Source of the DNA: an uncultured Synechococcaceae cyanobacterium
GTDB lineage: Bacteria; Cyanobacteriota; Cyanobacteriia; PCC-6307; Cyanobiaceae
Assembly: GCA_903907855.1 (NCBI GenBank)
Contig: CAIVPT010000191.1
Span: 875 to 64,874, forward strand
DNA: 64,000 bases
Reading direction: 5' to 3'
The stretch's first letter is position 1, and every line of letters begins with the position of its first letter. Below, in pieces: positions 8,846-19,499 of the stretch. Position numbers and translations under genes: made by a program. The notes beneath the pieces are model-generated. The model was not told the origin of the DNA, ran no database searches, and was given only the letters and a program-made list of their open reading frames with translations.

Positions 8846-9295
8846 ATGCACGCAGGCGATGGGGTGTTTCTTGAGGATCTCTGCCCCAAATTGCGTGCGC
8901 GCCGCTGGCGACAATCCCTCCATCGACTGAGCGGTGGTCGCTGCCTGTATTGCGGCGCGGCCTCCGAATCGATCGACCATGTGCATCCCCGCAGCCGCGG
9001 CGGCGCCAGCGTGACCGAGAACTGCGTGCCGGCCTGCCTGGCCTGCAACGGCCGCAAGGGCGACAGCGACGCCTTCACCTGGTACCGCCAACAGAGCTTC
9101 TACGACCCCCGCCGCGCCATGGCCCTGCGGGCCTGGATGGAGGGGGATCTGCGGCTGGCCGAACGGCTGCTGGACTGGGCACGCCCCCCGGGCGAAACGA
9201 CTCCCGCCGAGGCGACCCCGCCGATCGCCGGACGCGGCGATCACCAGACCCGACAGGCCGCAACGCCGTTGTGGCGATGGCAGATGGCCTCCTGA
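8846..9295 (+). CDS. HNH endonuclease
   Basis: [40 protein letters not shown] is a complete HNH (CxxC...DH.hP...GG...N......CN..K) motif. Confidence 0.8.
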   Translation: MHAGDGVFLEDLCPKLRARRWRQSLHRLSGGRCLYCGAASESIDHVHPRSRGGASVTENCVPACLACNGRKGDSDAFTWYRQQSFYDPRRAMALRAWMEGDLRLAERLLDWARPPGETTPAEATPPIAGRGDHQTRQAATPLWRWQMAS

Positions 9296-9477
9296 TCGGC
9301 GGGACGCTCCGGCGCCACCAGCACCGCCAGCCCCAGCAGCAACCCCGCCAGGGCCAGGGGCGCCCCGACCTGGCCCCGGCGGGCGCGCTGGGCGGCAGGC
9401 CCCCCGGAAGGCCGCAGCCGCACCGCGGCCGGCGCTGAGGTAGAGAAGCAGGGCGCCGCGGGGGCCGACAGCCGCAT
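9241..9477 (-). CDS. Possible small membrane protein (weak call)
   Basis: 78-aa frame MRLSAP...[22 protein letters not shown]...[13 protein letters not shown] with one hydrophobic helix. It overlaps the HNH 3' end by 55 nt. I recognise no family. Confidence 0.25.
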   Translation of the reverse strand: MRLSAPAAPCFSTSAPAAVRLRPSGGPAAQRARRGQVGAPLALAGLLLGLAVLVAPERPADQEAICHRHNGVAACRVW

Positions 9478-9547
9478 GGACCGAGCCAGGGAGGGGGAGA
9501 AGGAGGACGCCAGGGGAGGGGCGAAGGAGGAAGTCACGGGATCAGGC

Positions 9548-10537
9548 GTGAACAGTGATACAGGTGTACTCACGGCAAGGGAAGGTGTCAACCCCTGGGG
9601 CATCACACGCCTGCTGGTGCTCGGCGGGGGCTACAGCGGGCGGCGCTTTGCCAGCCACCTGGCCGCCCACGGCGTACCCGCCCTGCTCACGGGCCGGCGG
9701 GAGCCCAACACGGACCCGGAACCCGCGGAAGGCACCGCCGCCGCCCTGAGCTGGTTGCGGTTCGACAGCACGGCCGGTGTGGTGCCCAGCGCGGCGGATC
9801 TGGCGGGCGTGAGCCATGTGCTGGTCACGATCCCCCCCGACCCCGATGGCGAGGACCCGGTGCTGCGGCACCTCGGTGAGCGGTTGCGGGCGCTGGCACC
9901 CGCCTGGGTGGGCTATCTATCCACCACCGGCGTCTACGGCAACAGCGGCGGCGCCTGGGTGAACGAGGAGAGCCCCACAAACCCCGCCCCCGGCCGCAGC
10001 GCCGCCCGGCTGGCCAGCGAACAGGCCTGGCGCCGGAGCGGCCTACCGGTGCAGGTGTTCCGGCTGCCGGCGATCTACGGCCCGGGGCGCACCCCCTTCG
10101 CCAGCCTGCAACGGGGCGAGGCCCGGCTGATCCATAAGCCCGGCCAGGTGTTCTCGCGGATCCACGTGGACGACATCGTGGGCGCGGTGCTGCACGCGCT
10201 CACGCTGCCGGGCGAGCGCCGGCCGGACACCTTGATCGTGGCCGATGCGCAGCCCTGCCCCTCCAGCGAGACCCTCGGGTACGCCGCCCACCTGCTGGGG
10301 CTGCCCCTGCCGCCGCTGCAGCCGTGGGAGCGGGTGGCGCCGAACCTGAGCCCCATGGCCCGCAGCTTCTGGAGCGAAAACCGCCGGGCCGACAGCCGAC
10401 TGCTCCGGGAAACCCTGGGGTATCCGCTGCGTTATCCCACCTATCGGGAGGGCTATCGGGCCTGCCTGGCGGAGGAGAGCCTCGGCGCCGGTCCGGCAGC
10501 GCTCAGCGCCCCCCTCCGACAAAGCGCAACCGCTTGA
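9548..10537 (+). CDS. NAD(P)-binding SDR / epimerase-dehydratase-like protein
   Basis: Rossmann motif LVLGGGYSGRRF near the N-terminus, and STTGVYG. The start is uncertain: GTG at 9548, or the track start at 9476. Confidence 0.75.
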   Translation: MNSDTGVLTAREGVNPWGITRLLVLGGGYSGRRFASHLAAHGVPALLTGRREPNTDPEPAEGTAAALSWLRFDSTAGVVPSAADLAGVSHVLVTIPPDPDGEDPVLRHLGERLRALAPAWVGYLSTTGVYGNSGGAWVNEESPTNPAPGRSAARLASEQAWRRSGLPVQVFRLPAIYGPGRTPFASLQRGEARLIHKPGQVFSRIHVDDIVGAVLHALTLPGERRPDTLIVADAQPCPSSETLGYAAHLLGLPLPPLQPWERVAPNLSPMARSFWSENRRADSRLLRETLGYPLRYPTYREGYRACLAEESLGAGPAALSAPLRQSATA

Positions 10538-10670
10538 TCCGCTGCGGATCCTGCAGATACGGCAGATTCAGGTCGGTGGACATTTTCTCCACATCCACCC
10601 AGATCCACTCCCGTTGGATGCTGATGCCAAGACCCATCAGCAGCAGGCCAACAAGCAACCACCGCAACAT
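10503..10670 (-). CDS. Small membrane peptide, 55 aa (below the track cutoff)
   Basis: Hand translation gives MLRWLLVGLLLMGLGISIQREWIWVDVEKMSTDLNLPYLQDPQRIKRLRFVGGGR, ending in TGA. GAGG lies 5 nt upstream of the ATG. It has one clear TM helix. Confidence 0.45.
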   Translation of the reverse strand: MLRWLLVGLLLMGLGISIQREWIWVDVEKMSTDLNLPYLQDPQRIKRLRFVGGGR

Positions 10671-10697
10671 GGGAACCTCAAGGTGGCGAATTCAACC

Positions 10698-11738
10698 ATG
10701 ATGCGCCCTGGCGCGGCGATTGCCATAGCCCTGGGGGATCCCGCCGGCATCGGCGCCGAGGTGACCCTGCGGGCCCTAGGGAAGCTGCAGCCCGACCCGG
10801 CGTCGGTGGTGCTGGTGGGTTGTCGGCGCTGGCTGGCGGAGAGCCATCGGCAGCTGCAGGGAGCGGGGGTGCGCGACCTGGCCGATCCCGCCGCCTTTGC
10901 GATCTGCGATGAACCCCTCGCGGCGGCCGTGCGGCCAGGCCACAGCGGCGCGGCCGAGGGGGCGGCCAGCTTTGCCTGGCTCAGCCGCGCGGTGGAGCTG
11001 GTGCAGCAGGGCGACTGCCGCAGCCTGGTAACGGCCCCGATCTGCAAGGCGAGCTGGCACGCCGCCGGCCATGCCTATCCCGGGCAGACCGAGCGGCTGG
11101 CGGAACTGGCCGGGGTGGCGGAAGCCTCGATGCTCTTCACCGCCCGCTCGCCCCAGGGCGGCTGGCGCCTCAACACGTTGCTGGCCACCACCCACCTGCC
11201 GCTGGCGCAGGTGCCGGAGCGGCTCAACGCGGAGCGGGTGGCGGCCAAGCTGGAGGTGCTGTTGGCCTTCTGCCGCCGCTTCCAGGAACGGCCACGGCTG
11301 GTGGTGGCAGGGCTCAATCCCCACGCCGGCGAGGGGGGCGCGCTCGGGGGTGAGGAGCGCGACTGGCTGATCCCCTGCCTGGAGGCCTGGCGAGCTCGCC
11401 ATCCGGAGGTGGTGCTGGAGGGGCCACTGCCGCCGGACACCTGCTGGCTGGGGGCCGCCGCGGCCTGGGTGGGGCGGGGCGAAGGGGCCGACGGTTATCT
11501 CGCTCTGTACCACGACCAGGGACTGATCCCGGTGAAGCTGCTGGCCTTCGATGCGGCGGTGAACACCACCCTGGGGCTGCCCTTTCTGCGCACCTCCCCC
11601 GACCACGGCACGGGCTTCGACCGAGCCGGCCTGGGGTTGGCCCGCCCCGAAAGCATGATGGAAGCGATCTGCACCGCCCTGGAACTCGGGGAGGCAGGGG
11701 CGCCTGGGGAGGCGATGGCTGGCGTCAGCCCGGCTTGA
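10698..11738 (+). CDS. pdxA: 4-hydroxythreonine-4-phosphate dehydrogenase
   Basis: [27 protein letters not shown] and TSPDHGT are PdxA signatures. Confidence 0.9.
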   Translation: MMRPGAAIAIALGDPAGIGAEVTLRALGKLQPDPASVVLVGCRRWLAESHRQLQGAGVRDLADPAAFAICDEPLAAAVRPGHSGAAEGAASFAWLSRAVELVQQGDCRSLVTAPICKASWHAAGHAYPGQTERLAELAGVAEASMLFTARSPQGGWRLNTLLATTHLPLAQVPERLNAERVAAKLEVLLAFCRRFQERPRLVVAGLNPHAGEGGALGGEERDWLIPCLEAWRARHPEVVLEGPLPPDTCWLGAAAAWVGRGEGADGYLALYHDQGLIPVKLLAFDAAVNTTLGLPFLRTSPDHGTGFDRAGLGLARPESMMEAICTALELGEAGAPGEAMAGVSPA

Positions 11739-12213
11739 TGCGCATCAGCACCTGGCCGAATTCCACCGGGGTGCCGTTCTCCACCAGGATCTCCACCACC
11801 TCGCCGCTGATCTCCGACTCCAGCTCATTCATCAGCTTCATCGCCTCGAGGATGCACACCGGCTGGCCGGCGTTGATGCGGCTGCCGATCTCCACAAAAG
11901 CTGCTTCGCCAGGGGCGGGAGAGCGATAGAAGGTGCCCACCATGGGGGCCGTGATCTCCTGGAGATCGCTGCGGGCGGCTGGGGGGGCCGGCGGCGGCGG
12001 CGAGGGGGGCGCGGCCGGTGCCAGAGGGGGGCTGCCAGCGACGGGCGCCGGTGCGGCAGCCGCGGGGGAGGGCACCATCGTCACGGCCGGGGGGCCGGGC
12101 ATGTTGCGGCGCACCTCCAGGCGGAAGTCGTCACCTTCGAGGCGCAGTTCCTGGATGTCGCTCTCGCCGAGAAGGGCCAGCAGCGCGCGGAGCTGTTCGT
12201 GATCGAGCTGCAT
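11725..12213 (-). CDS. accB: Biotin carboxyl carrier protein of acetyl-CoA carboxylase
   Basis: Pro/Ala linker followed by the biotinyl domain, with [10 protein letters not shown]. Confidence 0.9.
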   Translation of the reverse strand: MQLDHEQLRALLALLGESDIQELRLEGDDFRLEVRRNMPGPPAVTMVPSPAAAAPAPVAGSPPLAPAAPPSPPPPAPPAARSDLQEITAPMVGTFYRSPAPGEAAFVEIGSRINAGQPVCILEAMKLMNELESEISGEVVEILVENGTPVEFGQVLMRIKPG

Positions 12214-12217
12214 GGGA

Positions 12218-12778
12218 TCAGGACTCCCGACCGAGATAGCTGTCAGAGCGGGTGTCGATCCGGATCTTCTCGCCGATCGAAATGAACAGGGGCACCATCA
12301 CCTGGGCGCCGGTCTCGACGATGGCGGGCTTGGTGCCGCCGGTGGCGGTGTCACCCTTGACGCCGGGGTCGGTCTGGGTGACCTCGAGGGTCACCGAGTT
12401 GGGGAGTTCCACCTCCAGGGGCTTGCCGTTCCAGTAGACGACGCTCACCTCCATGCCTTCCTTGAGGTACTTGCGCTGATCGCCGATCTGGGGGGCGGTG
12501 AGGCGCGTTTCCTCGTAGCTGGCCATGTCCATGAAGACGTAGTCATCGCCTTCCATATAGGTGTGCTGGAGGGTGGCCTTCTCCAGCAGGGCCTGGGGCA
12601 GGCTTTCGCCGGCGCGGAAGGTTTTCTCCACCACGCTGCCGCTCTGGACGGCTTTGAGCTTGGTGCGCACGAAGGCTGAGCCCTTGCCGGGCTTGACGTG
12701 CAGGAACTCGACGACACGCCAGACCTGGTTATCCAGCTCGATCGTGGTGCCCGTGCGGAAGTCGTTGCTGGAGATCAT
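12218..12778 (-). CDS. efp: Elongation factor P
   Basis: [45 protein letters not shown] at 12778 was verified on the sequence. Confidence 0.95.
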   Translation of the reverse strand: MISSNDFRTGTTIELDNQVWRVVEFLHVKPGKGSAFVRTKLKAVQSGSVVEKTFRAGESLPQALLEKATLQHTYMEGDDYVFMDMASYEETRLTAPQIGDQRKYLKEGMEVSVVYWNGKPLEVELPNSVTLEVTQTDPGVKGDTATGGTKPAIVETGAQVMVPLFISIGEKIRIDTRSDSYLGRES

Positions 12779-12867
12779 CCCGGCGGTTCGGATCCGGTGG
12801 ATTGTACGTGTGGCTACCGGGCCGCCCGCCTGTGCCAGAGTCCGCACAGCAGAAGAGTCAGGAAGCC

Positions 12868-13995
12868 ATGGGCGCAGCGCGATCGGTCGGCGGCCGCGGC
12901 GGCGTTCTCCAGCGCCTTCTCCATCGCCTTGGCGGCCTGGCACTGGCGCTGGCCTTGATCGTGGTCCCCTGCCTGCTGGGGCCTGCCCTGCCGGCCCTGG
13001 CGGAGCTGCCCCAGGGCAATGCGGTGAAGGACCCTGAGGCGATCCTGCGCAACGCCCTCCCCATCAACGCCCCCGAGCTGCAGACCCTGCAGCACCGCTT
13101 GGAGGCCACGAGCGACGACCTGCGGGCGAAGCGCTGGAAGCCCCTCGCCGGGACGGTCACCCGGGCCCAGTCCCAGCTGAGCGCCCAGCGTGGGGCCATC
13201 CTGGCCAGTGTTCCCGAAGGCCGCCGGGAGGAGGCCGGCAAGCAGCTCGAGGCACTCGACGGTCAACTGCAGATCCTGGCCAGTGCAGCTGCCGCGCGCG
13301 ACCGCGACGCCTTCCTCGATAGCCGCCGCAGCGCCCTCTCCAGCATTGGCGCCATCGAGGCGCTGCTGGTGGGCGATTTCTCGTACACGATCCCCGCGGA
13401 GTTCGACGCCCTGCCGCGGCTCCTGGGCCGGGCCACCGTGAAGTTCCGCACCAGCAAGGGCGATCTGACGGCCGTGATCGACGGCTACAACGCCCCACTC
13501 ACCGGTGGCGCCTTCGTGGACCTGGTGCAGCGCAAGTTCTATGACGGCCTGTCCTTCACCCGCGCCGAAGACTTCTACGTGCTCCAGACCGGCGATCCGG
13601 CGGGCGAGGCCGTGGGCTATGTGGATCGCAAGACCGGCGAGGAACGGCACGTGCCCCTGGAGATCCGCATCACTGGCGATGCCGAGCCCATCTACAACCA
13701 GACCTTCGAAGACGTGGGCCGCTACAAGGCCGAGCCGGTGCTGCCCTTCGCCACCTACGGCACCCTGGGCCTGGCCCACTCCGACGAACGCCTCGACGAC
13801 GGATCGTCGCAGTTCTTCTTCTTCCTCTACGAAGCCGAGCTCACCCCGGCCGGTCTCAACCTGGTGGATGGCCGCAACGCCGCCTTCGGCTACGTGGTGG
13901 AGGGGATGGATGTGCTGCACGAGCTGGGGGTGGAGGACCGCATCGAATCGGCGACAGTGATCGAGGGCGCCGAGAACCTCAAACCCCACGCCTGA
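12868..13995 (+). CDS. Cyclophilin-type peptidyl-prolyl isomerase with N-terminal helical domain (TLP40-like)
   Basis: N-terminal TM/signal segment. The C-terminal domain reads [21 protein letters not shown]...GTLGLAHS...SQFFFFL. Confidence 0.85.
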   Translation: MGAARSVGGRGGVLQRLLHRLGGLALALALIVVPCLLGPALPALAELPQGNAVKDPEAILRNALPINAPELQTLQHRLEATSDDLRAKRWKPLAGTVTRAQSQLSAQRGAILASVPEGRREEAGKQLEALDGQLQILASAAAARDRDAFLDSRRSALSSIGAIEALLVGDFSYTIPAEFDALPRLLGRATVKFRTSKGDLTAVIDGYNAPLTGGAFVDLVQRKFYDGLSFTRAEDFYVLQTGDPAGEAVGYVDRKTGEERHVPLEIRITGDAEPIYNQTFEDVGRYKAEPVLPFATYGTLGLAHSDERLDDGSSQFFFFLYEAELTPAGLNLVDGRNAAFGYVVEGMDVLHELGVEDRIESATVIEGAENLKPHA

Positions 13996-14002
13996 GACCG
14001 CC

Positions 14003-15103
14003 ATGGCGGGCCCCGGTGGGCAGGGCGGAACGGACGGAAGCGACGGGATGGGCAGCGAGACGCTGGCCGACCTGGGGGAGTGGGAGTTGATCCGGCGATT
14101 GGGGGCCTTCGCTCCTCCCGGCGCGTTCGACGACGATGCGGCCCTGCTGGCGGCCGGCGCAGGGGGCGAATCCGCTCCGGGCAGCGGGCGGACGCTGGTG
14201 GTCAACACCGATGTGCTGGTGGAGGGCCTGCACTTCAGCGATGCCACCACCGCGGCGGCCGATGTGGGCTGGCGGGCCGCGGCGGCCAACCTCTCCGACC
14301 TGGCGGCGATGGGCTGCACCGAGGTGGTGGGGATCACCGTGGGTCTGGTGGCGCCGGCGGCGACGCCCTGGAGCTGGGTGGAGGGGGTGTATCTGGGCCT
14401 GCGGCAGGCGCTGGAGCGCTATGGCGGCGAGCTGCTGGGGGGCGACTGCAGTGGGGGCAGCCAGCGACTGCTGGCGATCACCGCGCTGGGGCGTCTGGCG
14501 GCGGCCGGGGGGCCGATCCGGCGGCGGGACGGGCGACCCGGCGATTGGCTGGTGGCCACCGGCCCCCACGGGCTGAGCCGGCTGGGGCTGGCGCTGCTGC
14601 AGGGGGCGGCTGGGGGGGGCGCTGGGGCAGCTGGGGCCCTGGATGGCCTGGATCCCGACCTGATCGCGCGGGCGATCGCGGCCCACCAGCGCCCGCTGCC
14701 CCGTTTCGACGCAGTGCGGGCCCTGATTGCGAGCCGGCCGGCGGGCACGACCTGGCGCGTGGGCGGCTGCGACAGCAGCGATGGCCTGGCAGCAGCGGTG
14801 CGGGCGATCGCTGCCACCAGCGGCTGCGCGGCCCGGTTGGAGCGGGACGCCCTGCCCCTGGATGCCGCCATGGGGGGCCTACCGGATGCAGAGGCCTGGT
14901 GCCTGGGGGGCGGCGAGGATTTTGAGCTGGTGCTGGCCCTGGAGCCAAGGTGGGCCGAGGCCCTGGCGTCGGCCGTGCCGGGCAGCGGCGTGATCGGGGA
15001 GCTGGTGGCGGGGCCAGCCGGGGAGCTGGGCTGGACCAGGTCCAGCGGGCGGGAGGACGGCGAGATCCCCATCGGTAGCGGTGGCTACAGGCACTTCGGC
15101 TGA
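14003..15103 (+). CDS. thiL: Thiamine-monophosphate kinase
   Basis: AIR-synthase-like fold: LADLGEWELIRRL, LVVNTDVLVEGLHF, NLSDLAAMG. Its position next to gap2 and the cyclophilin gene matches picocyanobacteria. Confidence 0.85.
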   Translation: MAGPGGQGGTDGSDGMGSETLADLGEWELIRRLGAFAPPGAFDDDAALLAAGAGGESAPGSGRTLVVNTDVLVEGLHFSDATTAAADVGWRAAAANLSDLAAMGCTEVVGITVGLVAPAATPWSWVEGVYLGLRQALERYGGELLGGDCSGGSQRLLAITALGRLAAAGGPIRRRDGRPGDWLVATGPHGLSRLGLALLQGAAGGGAGAAGALDGLDPDLIARAIAAHQRPLPRFDAVRALIASRPAGTTWRVGGCDSSDGLAAAVRAIAATSGCAARLERDALPLDAAMGGLPDAEAWCLGGGEDFELVLALEPRWAEALASAVPGSGVIGELVAGPAGELGWTRSSGREDGEIPIGSGGYRHFG

Positions 15104-15417
15104 GTTGACTAGGGGCATATCCGCAGGAGGGTGGCGACCGAACCGAGATTCATGCGAGAGCAAAGTTGATGCCGTTTAGGGTGCATGGCAAAGTGTTCCT
15201 AACAAGGGCGCCAGCCTGACTGGGAGCATGTGAATATTCACCAAAGACATATATTCCCGCCCTAAACACAAAGACTAGAGCGCTGAGCCCGCCAGTCACC
15301 GCATTGGCATACACCAAGGCAGAGCGGTGCCTCCGCAGGGCCAACAGCCACTCCTCAAGCTGCCCGAAGGATTCCCCAACAGGTTGACCAGCCAACCAGC
15401 AACCCCGCCAACTCCAT

Positions 15418-15443
15418 AAAAAAGGCCGCCCCGGAGGACGACC
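15418..15443 (-). terminator. Rho-independent terminator of gap2
   Basis: The minus-strand RNA reads GGUCGUCC-UCCG-GGGCGGCC followed by UUUUUU. The stem is 8 bp, and two G-U pairs form only in the minus-strand transcript. It lies 25 nt after the gap2 stop. Confidence 0.65.
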
Positions 15444-15468
15444 TGAATCACAGGGACAGAGCCCAACC

Positions 15469-16491
15469 TCACTTCCAGTTCTTGGCCACGATCTCGGCGA
15501 GATCGACAACGCGCTGGCTGTAGCCCCACTCGTTGTCGTACCAGGCGATGACTTTCAGCATATTGCCGCCCATCACCAGGGTGAGGGGGGCGTCGATGAT
15601 CGTGGATTCGTCGGTGCCGGCGTGATCGCTCGACACCAGGGGCAGATCGCAGTACTTGATGATCCCCTTCATGGCATTGTCCGATGAAGCCTTCAGCACC
15701 GCATTCACCTCCTCCTTGGTGGTGTCGCGGCCGACTTCCAGCACCATGTCCACCACAGACACGTTGGGGGTCGGAACCCGCATGGCAATCCCGCTCAGCT
15801 TGCCCTTCATTGGCGGGTAAACCAAGGCCACCGCCTGGGCGGCTCCAGTGCTGGTGGGTACGATGTTGACGGCTGCAGCCCGAGCACGGCGCAGATCGCG
15901 GTGGGCGGCGTCGAGAATCCGCTGGTCACCGGTATAGCTGTGGGTGGTGGTCATCGTGCCCTTGACGATGCCGAACTCCTGATCCAACACCTTCACCACA
16001 GGGGCCATGCAGTTGGTGGTGCAACTGGCATTGCTGAGGATGTCCCAGTCTTCGTGGCGGTATTGATCGGCATTCACGCCCACCACGAAGGTGCCCACCT
16101 TGGCGCCCTTGCCGGGGGCGGTGAGGATCACCTTCTTGGCGCCGGCCTCGAAGTGCTTGCTGGCCCCCACGTCGTCGTTGAACACACCGGTGGACTCGAT
16201 CACCAGGTCGACACCCCACTCCTTCCACGGGAGGTTGGCGGGGTTGCGGTCGTAGAAGGTTTTGATCGTTTTGCCGTTGATGACGATCGTGTCTTCGGTG
16301 ATGCTCACCTCTGCGTTGCGCAGGGGGCCGAGCATCGAGTCGTACTTGAGCAGGTGGGCGTTGGTGTTGGTGTCGCCCGAGCCGTTGATGCCCACCACCT
16401 CGATGCCGGTGTTCTCACCGCGGCTCAGCCAGCAGCGCATGAAGTTGCGACCGATGCGGCCGAATCCGTTGATCGCAACGCGGAGGGTCAT
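15469..16491 (-). CDS. gap2: Glyceraldehyde-3-phosphate dehydrogenase (Calvin-cycle Gap2 type)
   Basis: [63 protein letters not shown]. Confidence 0.95.
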   Translation of the reverse strand: MTLRVAINGFGRIGRNFMRCWLSRGENTGIEVVGINGSGDTNTNAHLLKYDSMLGPLRNAEVSITEDTIVINGKTIKTFYDRNPANLPWKEWGVDLVIESTGVFNDDVGASKHFEAGAKKVILTAPGKGAKVGTFVVGVNADQYRHEDWDILSNASCTTNCMAPVVKVLDQEFGIVKGTMTTTHSYTGDQRILDAAHRDLRRARAAAVNIVPTSTGAAQAVALVYPPMKGKLSGIAMRVPTPNVSVVDMVLEVGRDTTKEEVNAVLKASSDNAMKGIIKYCDLPLVSSDHAGTDESTIIDAPLTLVMGGNMLKVIAWYDNEWGYSQRVVDLAEIVAKNWK

Positions 16492-16760
16492 GGCGTCAAG
16501 CGGCGAAACCCGCTAGCAAATGTGATTTCGGCTGCCGATCATACAGAAATCGCCGGGCCGACCGGGCCCCACCGGAGCGGCGCACCGACGAGCGGGCGAG
16601 CTGCAGGCGTCGGCGCGGAACCGCAGAACCCGCCGGGGGACGCCTTTCCACCCAAACCGTGCTGGGGCGGCAGGAGCGCAGGTTTTCGGAGTTCCGACGC
16701 AACTCGTAAAAGAACGAAGGGCCTCTCCCGGCCTATCTTCGGCTGGTCCCGGAGGCGCCC

Positions 16761-18197
16761 TTGACCCTGACGCTCGACCGCCAGCTTCCCCTCCACTTCA
16801 TCGGCGTCGGCGGCATCGGCATGTCGGCCCTGGCCTCGATCCTGGCGGCGCGAGGCTTCCAGGTGAGCGGCTCCGACCCCCGCAACACGCCGGTGGTGGA
16901 AGGGCTGCGCCAACAGGGCGTGCGCGTGTTCCCCCGCCAGGAGGCCGCCACCATCGGCGCCCTCTGCGACGACGACGCACTCACCCCGCTGGTGGTGATC
17001 AGCTCCGCGGTGCCCGAGAGCAACCCCGAGCTGGCGGAAGCCCGCCGCCGCGGCCTCACGGTGGTGCACCGCTCCGACATCCTCGCGGCCCTGATCAACG
17101 CCCAGCCCTCCATCGCCATCGCCGGCAGCCACGGCAAGACCACCACCAGCACCCTGGTGGCCACCCTGCTGGAGGCCACCCGCCAGGACCCCACCGCCGT
17201 GATCGGTGGCGTGGTGCCCGCCTTCGGCAGCAATGGCCGCCAGGGGGAGGGTCGCCTGCTGGTGGCCGAAGCCGACGAATCCGACGGCTCGCTGGTGAAG
17301 TTCGCCGCGCACCTGGGGGTGCTCACGAACGTCGAGCTCGACCACACCGACCACTACCCCGACCTGCAGTCGCTTATCGACACCTTGCAGCGCTTCGCCG
17401 CCGGCAGCCGGCGGCTGCTGGCCAACCGGGACTGCCCGATCCTGCGCGAGCACTTCCAGGCCCACAGCTGGTGGTCGATCGAATCAGCCGAGGGGGTCGA
17501 GTTCGCCGCCCTGGCCCTGGAGGAACGCGGTGACGGCACCCGCGCCGCCTTCTACGAGAACGGTGAGCCGGTAGGCACCCTGGAGCTTCCCCTGCCCGGC
17601 CGCCACAACCTCAGCAATGCCGCCGCCGCGATCGCCGCCTGCCGGCTGGAGGGGGTCCCCTTCGCCGACCTGCAGGCAGCCGTGGCAGGGCTGCGGCCGC
17701 CGGGCCGCCGTTTCGATTGCCGGGGCATCTGGCAGGAGCGGGTGATCGTCGACGACTACGCCCACCACCCCAGCGAGGTGGCCGCCACCCTGGCCACAGC
17801 CCGGCTGATGGTGGAAAGCGGCCGCAGCCCGCTGCCGATGCCCCCCCGGCGCCTGCTGGCGGTGTTCCAACCCCATCGCTACAGCCGCACCGCCCAGTTC
17901 CTCGAGGAGTTCGCCGCCGCCCTCGCCCACGCCGATGAGGTGCTGGTGGCGCCCCTCTACGCCGCCGGAGAGGCCCCGATCGCCGGCGTCTCCAGCGCCG
18001 CCCTGGCGGAGGCGGTGCGCCGCCACGCCCCCCAGCTGGCGGTGCAGGCGGCCGACAGCCTCGACCAACTCGTGGACCAGCTGGCGCAGGCCAGCCGGAG
18101 GGGCGATCTTGTGCTGGCGATGGGAGCCGGCGATGTCAACAGCCTCTGGGATCGACTCGCGGGCCTCGGCGACACCCCGCCGGTGCTCGCCGCCTGA
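16761..18197 (+). CDS. murC: UDP-N-acetylmuramate--L-alanine ligase
   Basis: [14 protein letters not shown] and [10 protein letters not shown]. The start is TTG at 16761. Confidence 0.95.
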   Translation: MTLTLDRQLPLHFIGVGGIGMSALASILAARGFQVSGSDPRNTPVVEGLRQQGVRVFPRQEAATIGALCDDDALTPLVVISSAVPESNPELAEARRRGLTVVHRSDILAALINAQPSIAIAGSHGKTTTSTLVATLLEATRQDPTAVIGGVVPAFGSNGRQGEGRLLVAEADESDGSLVKFAAHLGVLTNVELDHTDHYPDLQSLIDTLQRFAAGSRRLLANRDCPILREHFQAHSWWSIESAEGVEFAALALEERGDGTRAAFYENGEPVGTLELPLPGRHNLSNAAAAIAACRLEGVPFADLQAAVAGLRPPGRRFDCRGIWQERVIVDDYAHHPSEVAATLATARLMVESGRSPLPMPPRRLLAVFQPHRYSRTAQFLEEFAAALAHADEVLVAPLYAAGEAPIAGVSSAALAEAVRRHAPQLAVQAADSLDQLVDQLAQASRRGDLVLAMGAGDVNSLWDRLAGLGDTPPVLAA

Positions 18198-18198
18198 G

Positions 18199-19107
18199 AT
18201 GGGGGCCGCAGCGCCCCCCGCCGGCCTGCGCCGCGCCGTTCCCCTGGGGGAGTTCACCACCTGGAAGGTGGGCGGCCCAGCCGAGTGGTTCGCCGAGCCC
18301 GCCAGCCGCGACGACCTGATCGCCCTGGCGGCCTGGGCGGTGGGCGAAGGCATTCCCTACCGCTGCATCGGCGCCGGCTCGAACCTGCTGATCGCCGACG
18401 CGGGCCTGGAGGGCCTCACCCTCTGCAACCGGCGCCTCCAGGGCAGCCGCCTCGATGACGCCAGCGGGCTCGTGGAGGCGGAGGCGGGCGAACCGATCCC
18501 CACCCTGGCCCGCAAGGCGGCCCGGCTCGGCCTGGCGGGGCTGGAGTGGGCGGTGGGGATCCCGGGCACCGTCGGGGGGGCGGTGGTGATGAACGCCGGG
18601 GCCCAGGGCGGCTGCCTGGCCGAGAGCTTCGTGAGCGCTGAGGTGATCGACCCCGCCCGCCCCGCCGAGCCCTTCACCCTGGGCCTGGCCGAGCTTGCGT
18701 TCGCCTACCGCCACAGCCGCCTGCAGCGGGAGCCGCTGCTGGTGCTCGCCGCCCGTTTCCAGCTGGAGAGCGGCCACGACCCCGCGGCGGTGAGCGCCCG
18801 CACCAGCGCCAACCTCCACAGCCGCACCAGCACCCAGCCCTACCAACAACCGAGCTGCGGCAGCGTGTTCCGCAACCCGGAGCCCGAAAAGGCCGGTCGC
18901 CTGATCGAATCCCTTGGCCTCAAGGGGCTGCGGGTGGGGGGCGCCGAGGTCTCGCCGATCCACGCCAACTTCATCGTCAACACCGGCGAGGCCAGCGCCG
19001 CAGACATCGATGCCCTGATCCGCCTGGTGCAAGAAAGGGTGATGGGCGCCTGCGGCATCGCCCTGCACCCGGAGGTGAAGCGCCTGGGCTTTCCAGATCA
19101 GCCCTGA
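18199..19107 (+). CDS. murB: UDP-N-acetylenolpyruvoylglucosamine reductase
   Basis: [29 protein letters not shown] at 18199 lies 1 nt after the murC stop. Confidence 0.9.
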   Translation: MGAAAPPAGLRRAVPLGEFTTWKVGGPAEWFAEPASRDDLIALAAWAVGEGIPYRCIGAGSNLLIADAGLEGLTLCNRRLQGSRLDDASGLVEAEAGEPIPTLARKAARLGLAGLEWAVGIPGTVGGAVVMNAGAQGGCLAESFVSAEVIDPARPAEPFTLGLAELAFAYRHSRLQREPLLVLAARFQLESGHDPAAVSARTSANLHSRTSTQPYQQPSCGSVFRNPEPEKAGRLIESLGLKGLRVGGAEVSPIHANFIVNTGEASAADIDALIRLVQERVMGACGIALHPEVKRLGFPDQP

Positions 19108-19157
19108 CCGGCCGGGCGCGCCCTGATACCGTTCGCGAAAGTCCCCCTCGGCACGGC

Positions 19158-19499
19158 ATGGCTGGCTTCGGTCTCCCCAACTTCGGCGACATTGCCGGCG
19201 CCTTCCGCAAGGCTCAGCAGATCCAGCAGGATGCCCAGAAGCTCCAGGAGGAGCTCGACGCGATGGAGCTGGAGGGCAAGAGCGGCAACGGCCTGGTGAG
19301 CGTGTGGATTTCGGGCAACCAGCAGCCGCTGCGCGTGCAGATCGCCCCGGAACTCCTCGGCCAGGGCGCCGAGACGGCCGAGGCCTCGGTGCTCGAGGCC
19401 CTCACCAACGCCTACGACATCTCCACCACCACCATGCGCGAACGCATGGAGGCCCTCACCGGCGGCCTCGATCTCAACCTGCCGGGGATGGGGGGCTGA
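19158..19499 (+). CDS. ybaB: Nucleoid-associated protein YbaB/EbfC
   Basis: 113 aa. [38 protein letters not shown] is typical of YbaB. Confidence 0.9.
   Translation: MAGFGLPNFGDIAGAFRKAQQIQQDAQKLQEELDAMELEGKSGNGLVSVWISGNQQPLRVQIAPELLGQGAETAEASVLEALTNAYDISTTTMRERMEALTGGLDLNLPGMGG

Noticed and set aside
15150-15509. 119-aa minus-strand ORF between thiL and gap2
   Set aside because: As drawn, it begins inside gap2 and runs through the gap2 terminator hairpin. Only a shorter TTG-initiated version remains conceivable; it is reported as a low-confidence idea in the findings.
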